Sequence record: PQ471515.1
Length of the DNA stretch: 64,000 nt
Reading direction: 5' to 3' (one strand)
Shown here: piece by piece, positions 46,695 to 56,611 of the stretch
How positions within the stretch are numbered: position 1 is the stretch's first letter
Layout of the letters: each line of letters begins with the position of its first letter
The notes under the pieces: generated by a model
What the model was told of the DNA's origin: nothing
Database searches by the model: none
The model's input: the letters and a program-made list of their open reading frames with translations, nothing else
Program-made: the position numbers and the translations under genes

Positions 46695-47432
46695 TTAGAC
46701 TGAATTGTTAGGATAATATCTCCCACGTCCCCATATTATTCGCACAGCACCACCACCAGCAGCCGTATAAGAAGAATTATCCCATATACTACCACCACCA
46801 CCATACCTCTTACCAGCACCACCACTACCAGCACCACCATTATATGAACCATCGTAGCTACCACCAATACCATTAGCACCTTGAACAATGATACCAGTAC
46901 CACCACCCGTACCAATGAACGAGGTATTATAGAATGCACCACCACCACCGCCACCGCCAGCACCATTTTCACCAGTGATTGCATTTCCGTTACCACCTTT
47001 ACCAGTGTAGCCACCAGCACCACCACCAATGACTGCACCACCACTTAAACCAGTGTTGCCACCATTACCACCACCATCATTAATAGCGTTAGCAGCTTTT
47101 CCACCTAGTCCACCAACCGTATATGCACCAGTGAAGCTAACACATAGTTTTTCAGTTCCACGATATAAACCGTTTTCAACTGCTGTAGTAGTGTTGGGAT
47201 GTGTAAGAGAAACACTTAAGTACTCACCACCAGAAACCGGAATATTATTACGCCACGATAAGCCGCCACCAGCACCACGTTGACCACCCGGAGAAATAAC
47301 ACATACTGATATTTCGGTAACGCCAGCAGGAACTGTAAATTGTGTTGTTCCTATTGTCGTGATTAATTGTTCACCATGTGGCTTATATTCAATTTTATTC
47401 CCGAACTTAACCATTCTTGCAAAAGGTAACAT
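46695..47432 (-). CDS. MLPF-tag protein 12, glycine-rich domain
   Basis: MLPFARMVKFGN; GTTQFTVPAGVTEI and GAGGGGGG runs typical of phage fibre Gly-rich domains. Confidence 0.75.
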   Translation of the reverse strand: MLPFARMVKFGNKIEYKPHGEQLITTIGTTQFTVPAGVTEISVCVISPGGQRGAGGGLSWRNNIPVSGGEYLSVSLTHPNTTTAVENGLYRGTEKLCVSFTGAYTVGGLGGKAANAINDGGGNGGNTGLSGGAVIGGGAGGYTGKGGNGNAITGENGAGGGGGGGAFYNTSFIGTGGGTGIIVQGANGIGGSYDGSYNGGAGSGGAGKRYGGGGSIWDNSSYTAAGGGAVRIIWGRGRYYPNNSV

Positions 47433-47449
47433 AATTCCCTCCTTTATTC

Positions 47450-47496
47450 ATTATACTATATTTAACCAAAAAGAAAAGCCAGTACAGAGTACTGGC
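47450..47496 (-). promoter_or_regulatory. Terminator + late promoter cassette
   Basis: GCCAGTAC/GTACTGGC hairpin, T-tract, TAAATA-TAG-TATAAT. Confidence 0.75.
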
Positions 47497-47502
47497 ATTG
47501 TA

Positions 47503-48636
47503 TTAAGGTTTATTTTTATAATTAATTTCTACATAGTTACGTTGTGTTCCAGTATATCCTGGAACATTCCCTATATTTCCATTACCTGCACCAAACAGAC
47601 GTTCTCCGACTGCAAAATATGTCCCATAGAAACAACCATCAAACACAGGAACATCATTATAATTTGATATGTAATTATCCATTGAATCCATTCTAGTGTA
47701 TGTAGTCAGAGTTACATTTGTACCTATACCATATGCACCATAAGGGTTAGTACCAGCAACATAATACCCAGTGGGTGTACATATTACTGGTGAATTTGCC
47801 CCTGATCTCGTGTGGATAAATCTAAATGTACCTTCAGGTACTGGTGCTTCTTTACTGAATAATGTTGTAGCTACTACTGGGTAATCAATACCATAACTAT
47901 TACCACTCAACCACGTTTTACCATCACTATCTTTGAATAATGAACAGGATTGTGTGCATCCGAACAGATTCAAATTGGTTACATTTGGAAATTTACTAAT
48001 TTGTGTATATACCAGAACTGTGGTTGCGGCAGCACTACCAAGTTGTCCACGACCATTATCACCCGCACTGTACATGTACCCATCGGTCTTTAATATTATA
48101 CTAGCGTTTCCTAAAATATCAAAATCAACAACATCCGTTTGTGTTAATGTAGCTATAGGATAACGAAAATTCACTGCCTCACCAGTACCAAATTGACAAT
48201 TGGTGTTTACCCCACATCCATATAAGTTGCCGTTTTGCATTAATATAAACAAACCTGTTGTCATTTTAATTTTCTTAATATTAAGAATATCTATATCTTG
48301 GAATATGTGTGTTACATTTACAAATGTGGTTGAGTTAACAGTACTTGAACCATAATAAGAACCGTTCCCGCTACCAAAGAATTCATCGCCTTTTCTGTAC
48401 ATTGCACATAGACTGCCACCCCATACATCATCAACTCCAGTGTCAATTTGAATAACTGAAGTAACACTAGTTGTTGCACCAGTGCCAAGTTCACCACCTG
48501 AATTGAATCCAAAACCATACAAATCTCCACTTTCGGTGAGCACCAAAACACTGTTATTGGTTGTGCATGAAATCTTTTTGATATTATTAGATGGTCTTTT
48601 ATTTCCGTACTTAACCATTCTTGCAAAAGGTAACAT
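47503..48636 (-). CDS. MLPF-tag protein 11, RCC1-like
   Basis: MLPFARMVKYGN; YSAGDNGRGQLGS, YGFGFNSGGELGTG. Confidence 0.8.
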   Translation of the reverse strand: MLPFARMVKYGNKRPSNNIKKISCTTNNSVLVLTESGDLYGFGFNSGGELGTGATTSVTSVIQIDTGVDDVWGGSLCAMYRKGDEFFGSGNGSYYGSSTVNSTTFVNVTHIFQDIDILNIKKIKMTTGLFILMQNGNLYGCGVNTNCQFGTGEAVNFRYPIATLTQTDVVDFDILGNASIILKTDGYMYSAGDNGRGQLGSAAATTVLVYTQISKFPNVTNLNLFGCTQSCSLFKDSDGKTWLSGNSYGIDYPVVATTLFSKEAPVPEGTFRFIHTRSGANSPVICTPTGYYVAGTNPYGAYGIGTNVTLTTYTRMDSMDNYISNYNDVPVFDGCFYGTYFAVGERLFGAGNGNIGNVPGYTGTQRNYVEINYKNKP

Positions 48637-48653
48637 ATTTCCCTCCTTTATTC

Positions 48654-48700
48654 ATTATACTATATTTAATCAAAAAGAAAAGCCAGTATCAAGTACTGGC
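48654..48700 (-). promoter_or_regulatory. Terminator + late promoter cassette
   Basis: GCCAGTA/TACTGGC hairpin, T-tract, TAAATA-TAG-TATAAT. Confidence 0.75.
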
Positions 48701-48714
48701 ATAGTTTTATAGTA

Positions 48715-49824
48715 TCATTTCGGCATTGTAATTGCAGACCATGAGTTCGTGGTAATAGGACCTGGCACATACAAAAAAGAACCACAAGCATAAATTTGAT
48801 TATTACCATCAAATACTATACTAAAATGTGCACATGTGTATAATGCTGATTTTTCTGGGTTGTAATTATCTAAAGTTAGTGTATTGGTGAATCTACTCAA
48901 ACTACCACCAGAACCATTTCTACCAAATTCACCAGTACTATATATCTTTCCTTCGGTTGTTGCGTACATATTAACACGTGAAGTTGTACTTGATTTTGAT
49001 ATTTTATGTATCTTACTATCAATAGTAGTGGAGTTAAATGCAAATGGATATAATAGTGTGTTCGTTGTAATACCGTTACCAAGTTGACCAACATACTGCC
49101 AACCTGCGTTGTATATATTGCTGGCTGAATAAGCAAGAGTACCAGTACTGTTACCACCAAACAGTTTAACACTGGTTAACCTGCTTACTAGTGTAGTATA
49201 CTGTCCTGAACTTACGCCAAGTGAACCATACTCACTACTCCCACAACCGAGAAGTTCACCATTTGATGTTAATATTAATGTGTTATTCTGTGTACCCAAT
49301 ATATCAAGGACTGTATTAGCTCCGGTATTAATAACTGAAACAAAAGTACTCTGAGCCGTGGAATACCCACCACCGAGTGAATAGTTACCATTCATGCCTC
49401 TACCATAAACAATCGAACCACTAGCATCAACGTAGTGCATTGTATCTGCACCAATTGATATCATTTTAATATTAGATATATGTGGAAATGAAGAAGTAAC
49501 ATTCAAACCACCCAACGGAATCATAGTATTTCCTGTGCCTAATTGTGTGGTAACTCCATGCATTATGAATTCTTCACCCTTGATATAAAGAATATTGTAC
49601 GCCCCAGCCCATGCATCAGTAACACCTTCTGAAATTAATATCCAAGTATTTCTTGTTGCTGTATTTGTAACGTTTAACTGAAAATACGAATTAACCCCAC
49701 AACCATAAAGTGAGCCATCGCCATAGAGGACGTACAAATTATCAAGACCGCACAGTACTTTCTTTATCTTTGGAGCTTCAGGTGCAATATTCCCGTAATC
49801 AAACATTCTAACAAATGGTAACAT
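48715..49824 (-). CDS. MLPF-tag protein 10, RCC1-like; close paralog of 57861-58970
   Basis: MLPFVRMFDYGN; YNAGWQYVGQLGNG. Confidence 0.8.
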   Translation of the reverse strand: MLPFVRMFDYGNIAPEAPKIKKVLCGLDNLYVLYGDGSLYGCGVNSYFQLNVTNTATRNTWILISEGVTDAWAGAYNILYIKGEEFIMHGVTTQLGTGNTMIPLGGLNVTSSFPHISNIKMISIGADTMHYVDASGSIVYGRGMNGNYSLGGGYSTAQSTFVSVINTGANTVLDILGTQNNTLILTSNGELLGCGSSEYGSLGVSSGQYTTLVSRLTSVKLFGGNSTGTLAYSASNIYNAGWQYVGQLGNGITTNTLLYPFAFNSTTIDSKIHKISKSSTTSRVNMYATTEGKIYSTGEFGRNGSGGSLSRFTNTLTLDNYNPEKSALYTCAHFSIVFDGNNQIYACGSFLYVPGPITTNSWSAITMPK

Positions 49825-49833
49825 AATTTCTCC

Positions 49834-50724
49834 TTAATATGTCTTATGAACTGCATTGCCCTTTGCGTTAATAGTTCCACCAAAAAATGTATACACCGTA
49901 GATGTTTTACCATCACTAATCACTTCTATTCCTATCGCAAATGATACCGAAGGAACACTCACAGTACTGATCATAACCCATGAATTAGTGTTAGTATCAT
50001 AATATCCAACATTACCACCCCTGAATAAATAAATCCTTTCATTAAAATAACACAAATACGGATTGGATGATCCTGTCGTTGATACCGGCACTGAACCAGC
50101 GTACTTAGTAAAGATTTCAGTACTTACATTGTATATGTATAAGTCATTACCATAAACAATACTAATAGAATTTGTTTTTTCATTATACGCAACACATCCA
50201 CAATACATTACCCAAGAATAACCACTCGGCATAGTCTTCGTAAGTATTACTTTCGTATCTAAGTCAATTATATAAAATTTATTTACATTACCACCAAATA
50301 CATACATCTTAGACCCAACTAAACATGATGCAATATTGTATACACTGCTAACCGTACTAGAACCCCATGAGTACCTCGTTCCGTCGGTTCCATATACACT
50401 CATTAATTCACTCGGTCCAGAACCACCAAATATATACATCCTACCATTATAGTACTCCATTGTTCCTGCGTTGTGCGTGGAATCTATGGTAACTAGTGTA
50501 CTAAAATCATTCAGTACTGGATTATACCTGTAAATCATTAAACCATCAATATTTCCATCAGTGGTAGTACCTCGTGTACAGTATATGTAAGTTTGATCTG
50601 TACACGTCAACGGATAACGCATAGGTGATGGTATTGTGCCAGTAGGTTCTAATAGTTCATATATCCCACTAAATCCATTATTGATTGTATTCCCATAACT
50701 CAACATCCTTCCAAATGGTAACAT
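49834..50724 (-). CDS. MLPF-tag protein 9, Kelch-repeat beta-propeller
   Basis: MLPFGRMLSYGN; GRMYIFGG, SKMYVFGG, IYLFRGG...YDT..NSW. Confidence 0.8.
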   Translation of the reverse strand: MLPFGRMLSYGNTINNGFSGIYELLEPTGTIPSPMRYPLTCTDQTYIYCTRGTTTDGNIDGLMIYRYNPVLNDFSTLVTIDSTHNAGTMEYYNGRMYIFGGSGPSELMSVYGTDGTRYSWGSSTVSSVYNIASCLVGSKMYVFGGNVNKFYIIDLDTKVILTKTMPSGYSWVMYCGCVAYNEKTNSISIVYGNDLYIYNVSTEIFTKYAGSVPVSTTGSSNPYLCYFNERIYLFRGGNVGYYDTNTNSWVMISTVSVPSVSFAIGIEVISDGKTSTVYTFFGGTINAKGNAVHKTY

Positions 50725-50742
50725 CTCTCTCTCCTAAAAAGA

Positions 50743-50791
50743 ATTATAATGTATTTAATCAAAAAAGCCCAGCACTTATTCAGTACTGAGC
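50743..50791 (-). promoter_or_regulatory. Terminator + late promoter cassette
   Basis: Imperfect hairpin, T6, TAAATA-CAT-TATAAT. Confidence 0.7.
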
Positions 50792-50797
50792 AGATTA

Positions 50798-51745
50798 TTA
50801 TGTGAACTTATACATAACAGTGCTTCTATCGTTCGCACCACCACCACCAAAAAATGAATACGCTTCACGTTTTCCAGCAATATAACCGTACCATGTGTAG
50901 TAGGCAGAAGAAGTGTTAGTTCTTATACGTGTCCATGTCCCATTAGGTTCACGTTTAGTGACAAATGTACCCAAAATATAATATAATGTTCCATCGACAA
51001 TTATGAATCCTGCACCAGACGAAGTAATAGGAGAAAAAGATGGAATTACTTGCGTGAACGCATTTGTTGACGGATCATAATTATACATTGTACTACCTAT
51101 TACTAGATATACTAACCCTTCATAAAAAATAACACTAGGGGATTCAACGTTTAGTGTTGGGGTAGTTATTCCAGATCTAACAGTTCTCCATACTTTGGTA
51201 ATATAATTATATGCAACAATAACTTCCTTTACACTACTAGACTGACCACCAAAATAAAAAATTTCATTCCCAATACATACTCCTGCATGGTTATACCTCG
51301 CAGGTGGTCTTCCACTATCATTTGAAATAATTTCTATTGAATTAGTACCAACCTTGTGACGAAAGAATTGAGAAGATGCGTTATTGCTTGAGTTCGCCCC
51401 ACCAAAACCATATATATATCCATCAGGTGTATAAACCAATGGGGTAGATCTTAAATTTCTCAAATTACTAGAAGGAATCTGATAAAACGTATTATCTGAC
51501 GCATTATAATAAAAGAAATCATTTAAGTAAGTAGATCCAGTTCCAGTTATACCTCCTCCAGTTCCAGTTATACCTCCATAAAAATATACATATGGAAACT
51601 CTTCTACATTTGTTGAACATGATGACGTATAATTCCTTCCGGGTGGATTATACCCTGTACTATTGAATGTTATCTGTTCTGATATTCCCAAAAATACGCT
51701 AGGAGCAATATTCCCATAATCAAACATTCTTACAAAAGGTAACAT
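50798..51745 (-). CDS. MLPF-tag protein 8, Kelch-repeat beta-propeller
   Basis: MLPFVRMFDYGN; PPARYNHAGVCIGNEIFYFGG, YIYGFGG, YDPSTNAF. Confidence 0.85.
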   Translation of the reverse strand: MLPFVRMFDYGNIAPSVFLGISEQITFNSTGYNPPGRNYTSSCSTNVEEFPYVYFYGGITGTGGGITGTGSTYLNDFFYYNASDNTFYQIPSSNLRNLRSTPLVYTPDGYIYGFGGANSSNNASSQFFRHKVGTNSIEIISNDSGRPPARYNHAGVCIGNEIFYFGGQSSSVKEVIVAYNYITKVWRTVRSGITTPTLNVESPSVIFYEGLVYLVIGSTMYNYDPSTNAFTQVIPSFSPITSSGAGFIIVDGTLYYILGTFVTKREPNGTWTRIRTNTSSAYYTWYGYIAGKREAYSFFGGGGANDRSTVMYKFT

Positions 51746-51755
51746 ATTTCTCTCC

Positions 51756-52886
51756 TTAATTTAATAATGCCCCTGGCAAATCCACTTTGACGAATTGTGC
51801 ATATGCTGAGGAATTTTGATCAAAGTTTGGTCCCAATCCATAAAATGAGCTAATGCCGTCTTCATTTGTGTATATGATATAAACGTTCTTTACATCATTT
51901 CCGCATATAAATCGAATGTCTTTCGTTTGTGTTCCCGCTGGAACATTACGAAGGTTAACAACGCCATTACTTGCATTGTTATCAGCCGACGCAATTGGTA
52001 ATTGATTTTGACCATATTGACCACGCATATTTTTTGCATCTAAACCAAACACAGTATCTGATACCGCACCAACTTTCAAAAATGAACCAAAACTATTATT
52101 GAATGACTTTGGAAATGTACCACTATAAACACTTCTCCCATCTGATAATACCGCTGAACTGAATTTCCCGCTATTCGATATGGCAAATTCATTGTAAGGA
52201 AGTGTACCCATTTTGGTATATACAGAATATGAATTAGTGGAAGTATTATCAATAATCTTATTACCATTATATCCAATACCATACTGGTATCCGGCAGCAT
52301 CTTGAACTATACACAAAGGACCACTTGGGGTTTGTGTCAACGAAACAACACGTTCAACTTGTATATCACCAAATGTATTTCTTCGCCATGTTCTATCTAT
52401 TATAGTACTAGTATTACCCAAAGATAATGCCACACTATATAATAGATTGTTTTCAGTAAAAATGGCAACATAATATGCGTGGTTAATAACTTGCTTCATC
52501 CCAGCATCAATAACTTCCTGTGGAATATGATCAGTAACATCCAACCAATCAAGGTTAGATGATGCAATATCTGGAGTACTGAATTTGTCAAATCTAGTTG
52601 AGCCACAAACTAGCACTCTATCATCATTTGTCAAAGCCACTGTGCTAGTCTGCATATTAGAACTGAATGATTTAACATTACTAATGTTAGACTTGTACCA
52701 ACCCTTATCAGCAGCACCCACCGTGAATCCGGTTCCCATTGATCCACTTGTACTTGTACCATAAGCCCACATCTCACCACTATATGTTAGTGCCATACAG
52801 TGGCTTCCATTTGCTTGGAAATCCTTTATACCAGTGGGAGCAGCCACTGTATTCCCATAATCAAACATTCTAACAAAAGGTAACAT
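51756..52886 (-). CDS. MLPF-tag protein 7, divergent RCC1-like
   Basis: MLPFVRMFDYGN at 52886 with GGAG SD; ALTYSGEMWAYGTSTSGSMGTG. Confidence 0.7.
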   Translation of the reverse strand: MLPFVRMFDYGNTVAAPTGIKDFQANGSHCMALTYSGEMWAYGTSTSGSMGTGFTVGAADKGWYKSNISNVKSFSSNMQTSTVALTNDDRVLVCGSTRFDKFSTPDIASSNLDWLDVTDHIPQEVIDAGMKQVINHAYYVAIFTENNLLYSVALSLGNTSTIIDRTWRRNTFGDIQVERVVSLTQTPSGPLCIVQDAAGYQYGIGYNGNKIIDNTSTNSYSVYTKMGTLPYNEFAISNSGKFSSAVLSDGRSVYSGTFPKSFNNSFGSFLKVGAVSDTVFGLDAKNMRGQYGQNQLPIASADNNASNGVVNLRNVPAGTQTKDIRFICGNDVKNVYIIYTNEDGISSFYGLGPNFDQNSSAYAQFVKVDLPGALLN

Positions 52887-52907
52887 AACTAAAATCTCCA
52901 TATAATA

Positions 52908-52956
52908 ATTATAATGTATTTACAAAAAAATACCAGTACGTATTTCAGTACTGGTA
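52908..52956 (-). promoter_or_regulatory. Terminator + late promoter cassette
   Basis: TACCAGTAC/GTACTGGTA hairpin, T7, TAAATA-CAT-TATAAT. Confidence 0.75.
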
Positions 52957-52961
52957 TAATG

Positions 52962-54143
52962 TTATGGTAAAATAATAGCTTGTAACGAACTCATACCCAA
53001 TGTTGGGACACTCGCCTGTGGTGCTGGTGAATTCAATTTTGGTGATGAAACCGCATATGACATTCCTGAACCCAAATCTGGATCAAAAACTACAGCACAA
53101 TAATTCCCACTATATATAAGTCCATTCTTGTATCCTTGTGCACTTTGAATGCATTTCGTGAACGTACCAATATCTGTAGTGGCATTTATTAAGTTCCTCC
53201 CACGATAACCGCAGGTGTATATGAAATTATCATCGCCTATGTACATACTAGAATCCCCAGAAGAACTACATAGATACGACATATAAGCACGCATGTTTTT
53301 AGGAGCAACTGACAATGTACCTGCATAGAATTTATTATTCGAACCCGTAATATCACCATCACCCAATGCACCAAAACTTCCCCAGCCAGTACCGTAATAT
53401 CTCTTATCACTCAAAAATATAATACAGTTGTTATTACACATCTTGATTTGATATATCAATGAAGGATCAACCCCAGGGAATGATTCAGTGAATGTTAGAA
53501 CAGCCGGATCAGTACTAGCATTACATTGATGATATGTATTAGTACCAGCGGACAAGATTGTTCCATTAGCTAACAGAATTCTCGCAGTACCAGTACCAGC
53601 AGTACAAGCAACTGCACTTCCTGCACTTCCGGTGTATATTTGTCTGAAAGTAAAGAAACCAACAGTTTTACTTCCCTGCCCACTCCAACCAGTATTATCA
53701 ACTCCACACGCCCATACTGAACCATCTTGCATGATCATCATTACACCAAAGCGTTCTATTGAAATATAAACAATCTTCGTTGTATCAACTGCACTAAATC
53801 TAGAAGTTATATCAGTCCATACCTTAACACTTACCGCCGTCGCACTGGAAGTAGGATCTTCACCAGCTATCATTATCCTCCCATTGTTAGTAAGATACAT
53901 TGTCTGACTATAACCAGTACTACAAAACTTAACACTATCAGTCTCTGGAACTTTTAACCACTCGTTGTAACGTGTTACGTTAGTGTTATTACCTAACTGA
54001 TAATAGTTATTCATCCCAGATACATATAACACACCATCCTTTATTAAACTATAAGTCGCACTATAGTCACTACAGGTATAACGTGTACCCACAGGTCGCT
54101 CAACGACGTTCCCATAATCAAACAATCTAACAAAAGGTAACAT
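52962..54143 (-). CDS. MLPF-tag protein 6, RCC1-like
   Basis: MLPFVRLFDYGN; YVSGMNNYYQLGN, YGTGWGSFGALGDG. Confidence 0.75.
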   Translation of the reverse strand: MLPFVRLFDYGNVVERPVGTRYTCSDYSATYSLIKDGVLYVSGMNNYYQLGNNTNVTRYNEWLKVPETDSVKFCSTGYSQTMYLTNNGRIMIAGEDPTSSATAVSVKVWTDITSRFSAVDTTKIVYISIERFGVMMIMQDGSVWACGVDNTGWSGQGSKTVGFFTFRQIYTGSAGSAVACTAGTGTARILLANGTILSAGTNTYHQCNASTDPAVLTFTESFPGVDPSLIYQIKMCNNNCIIFLSDKRYYGTGWGSFGALGDGDITGSNNKFYAGTLSVAPKNMRAYMSYLCSSSGDSSMYIGDDNFIYTCGYRGRNLINATTDIGTFTKCIQSAQGYKNGLIYSGNYCAVVFDPDLGSGMSYAVSSPKLNSPAPQASVPTLGMSSLQAIILP

Positions 54144-54163
54144 AATAAAATCTCCGTAATTAA

Positions 54164-54208
54164 ATTATATAGTATTTACAAAAAATACCAGTACATATTT
54201 CAGTACTG
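54164..54208 (-). promoter_or_regulatory. Terminator + late promoter cassette
   Basis: CAGTAC/GTACTG hairpin, T6, TAAATA-CTA-TATAAT. Confidence 0.7.
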
Positions 54209-54216
54209 ACCTATTA

Positions 54217-55338
54217 TTAAAAGGGCAACGGTAACTCAGTAAAAGTACTTACGTCCGGTAAACCATACATTGAATTAGCATCACCACAGTAATACCACTT
54301 CGTAGAATCATGTACCACCGATAAACGCTGTGCACATAACACTTCCTGTATGTCATTAAACACCATCGGGACTAACTCATATGTATCCGCAAATGAAGAT
54401 ACACCACCACTCGCATGAAAAGTATTCGTCCCAGCATAAAATAACTGATTAGTGTTCTTACCCACAGCAAATGTCATCAATATCCCATCATTCGCCCATA
54501 AAGAAGAAAACTTATCAACACTACCAGAAAGCTCTGTGTAAGTACTCGTAATGGCACTCGCAGCCGCCGCATTACCCATCTGTTTATTCAAGTTCTGTCC
54601 AGCAATAAAATATCTCGTGCGTGCACTAGAATCAGTATATAATAACCCAGTGTTCGTAGTCATCATTCCAATGTCCTTAATCGTCATACCAGTCTGTGAA
54701 TAACTTAGATACGAAGTTAAATTAACATTATTACCCAACGAACCGTTATCACTCATACCACAACGATGTAATATACCACTTGTATCAACGTAGATTGTAC
54801 TAACTAAACTCGTATACAACTCTTGTACATTATTCGCAATAAACACAGCAGTCGCCTTATTACTAACCCCACCAAATGATAGGTTATTATCAAATCCCTT
54901 AGCGTATAATTGATTATTAGTAGTCAATAATCCAATCGTGAAATAAGACATTTTCATATCCCTTACTGTACTCAAATCTACTGCTCCAAATTGGTGCGTA
55001 ACATCTGTCCATGTGAAAATCTGTGCACTACCAACACCACCCGTTTCAAACCATTTGTCACCACAGTACAATATGCGATTACCCTTAGTAAAGATAACTG
55101 TTACCAATCCACTACCACACGCAAACTTTACATCACTTCTAACCTTCGTCCAATTAAGTACATAGGTAGTGGTGTTATTACCTATACCTAACTTGCCATA
55201 ACGGTTATAACCACGCACCCACAAATCACCACTCTTAGTAATTAATAGTAATGCGTCTCCTGTACTTATTATTCGAAATCCCGAACTAGGATCAGGTGTA
55301 ATATTTCCATAATCAAACAATCTAACAAAAGGTAACAT
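54217..55338 (-). CDS. MLPF-tag protein 5, RCC1-like
   Basis: MLPFVRLFDYGN; LWVRGYNRYGKLGIG. Confidence 0.75.
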   Translation of the reverse strand: MLPFVRLFDYGNITPDPSSGFRIISTGDALLLITKSGDLWVRGYNRYGKLGIGNNTTTYVLNWTKVRSDVKFACGSGLVTVIFTKGNRILYCGDKWFETGGVGSAQIFTWTDVTHQFGAVDLSTVRDMKMSYFTIGLLTTNNQLYAKGFDNNLSFGGVSNKATAVFIANNVQELYTSLVSTIYVDTSGILHRCGMSDNGSLGNNVNLTSYLSYSQTGMTIKDIGMMTTNTGLLYTDSSARTRYFIAGQNLNKQMGNAAAASAITSTYTELSGSVDKFSSLWANDGILMTFAVGKNTNQLFYAGTNTFHASGGVSSFADTYELVPMVFNDIQEVLCAQRLSVVHDSTKWYYCGDANSMYGLPDVSTFTELPLPF

Positions 55339-55347
55339 GATTTTCTC

Positions 55348-56541
55348 CTATGATTGCCATAACTGCGTTGGCATTAATGTTAATGTTTTAATTACGGAAG
55401 TACCATCCGGTAAGTTACCACCTGAACCGTTAAAGCCCCCACATGCATATAATTTATAATCTTTAGTTATAATTATTGTTCTGGACCAGTCTTTGGATGC
55501 CATAAGAACATTGTCATATCCACCCTGTATCGCACTTAAAGAAAACGCCCCCCACGAAGTAATTACTGTTGTATTTCCCGTCCCTTCTTGACCATATGTA
55601 TTGATGCCTGCACTCCTGACATATGATGGGTATTGAGCCATAGGTGCACCAATTGTTGAGTTACCCATATTACTAGGACACAGGAAACCATCACTAATAT
55701 TCACTATAACCTGTGAATTCTGAACTGTAGTTAATTGGTTTGTAGTTGAAGTAGTACCATTCCCAGCTTGTCCAGAATTGTTTCTACCACTCCAGTACAC
55801 CCTACCGGCAGTGAACCACCAGGTAACATCATAAGTAGCACTTATATAATCGACGTTGGATCGTATTAATTTATTAGTAAAAACGTATGAGCTAGTCCCA
55901 CCACCACTTTCACCAAAGTTATCCTTACCACAAAACCATGCTTCTTTATTTGTTTTGAGATAGTGCGTACCCTGTAATGAACACGCCAATTGAGAAACTT
56001 CACCCATACCAGTAACAACTGTTAGTACTGGAATGGAATTTTGGTTACCTGTTCCACATTCGGCATTTGCATTTTTACCACAAACAACTACTCTTCCATC
56101 GTGTAGTAATATTCTAGTACTTTCACCTATATGTACACTCTTGATTAAATTAGCGTGTACATTTATTTTGTTAAATGCGGCAGTAACATCAGTCCATGTT
56201 CTAAAATAACCATTAACTGGAGTTGCATCTCCATAATCGGGGAATGCTACAGTATTCCCTGTGAAATATATTCTATTATCCAAGTCAATCATCAATGAGC
56301 CATGAACGCCTAACCAAAAGGCTGCACAGTGCGTTGCCAGTACTGTAAAAGTAGAAACTGTCGATTGATTCCCTAGACCTAATTGGCTCAAGTTATTACC
56401 ACCATAACCGTATAGTGTATTCGTGGGCTTATGTAGATACATAGCATTAGTATAATGTTGCTGTAAAACATCAGTGAACTCAACTGGATCAGGAATAGGC
56501 AGTTTATTCCCGTATTTAACCATTCTTGCAAAAGGTAACAT
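55348..56541 (-). CDS. MLPF-tag protein 4, RCC1-like
   Basis: MLPFARMVKYGN; WFCGKDNFGESG, WSGRNNSGQAGNG, SAGINTYGQEGTG. Confidence 0.8.
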   Translation of the reverse strand: MLPFARMVKYGNKLPIPDPVEFTDVLQQHYTNAMYLHKPTNTLYGYGGNNLSQLGLGNQSTVSTFTVLATHCAAFWLGVHGSLMIDLDNRIYFTGNTVAFPDYGDATPVNGYFRTWTDVTAAFNKINVHANLIKSVHIGESTRILLHDGRVVVCGKNANAECGTGNQNSIPVLTVVTGMGEVSQLACSLQGTHYLKTNKEAWFCGKDNFGESGGGTSSYVFTNKLIRSNVDYISATYDVTWWFTAGRVYWSGRNNSGQAGNGTTSTTNQLTTVQNSQVIVNISDGFLCPSNMGNSTIGAPMAQYPSYVRSAGINTYGQEGTGNTTVITSWGAFSLSAIQGGYDNVLMASKDWSRTIIITKDYKLYACGGFNGSGGNLPDGTSVIKTLTLMPTQLWQS

Positions 56542-56558
56542 ATTTCCCTCCTTTATTC

Positions 56559-56607
56559 ATTATACTATATTTAATCAAAAATAAATGCCAGTACACAGTA
56601 CTGGCAT
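56559..56607 (-). promoter_or_regulatory. Terminator + late promoter cassette
   Basis: ATGCCAGTAC/GTACTGGCAT hairpin, T-tract, TAAATA-TAG-TATAAT. Confidence 0.75.
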
Positions 56608-56611
56608 AATA

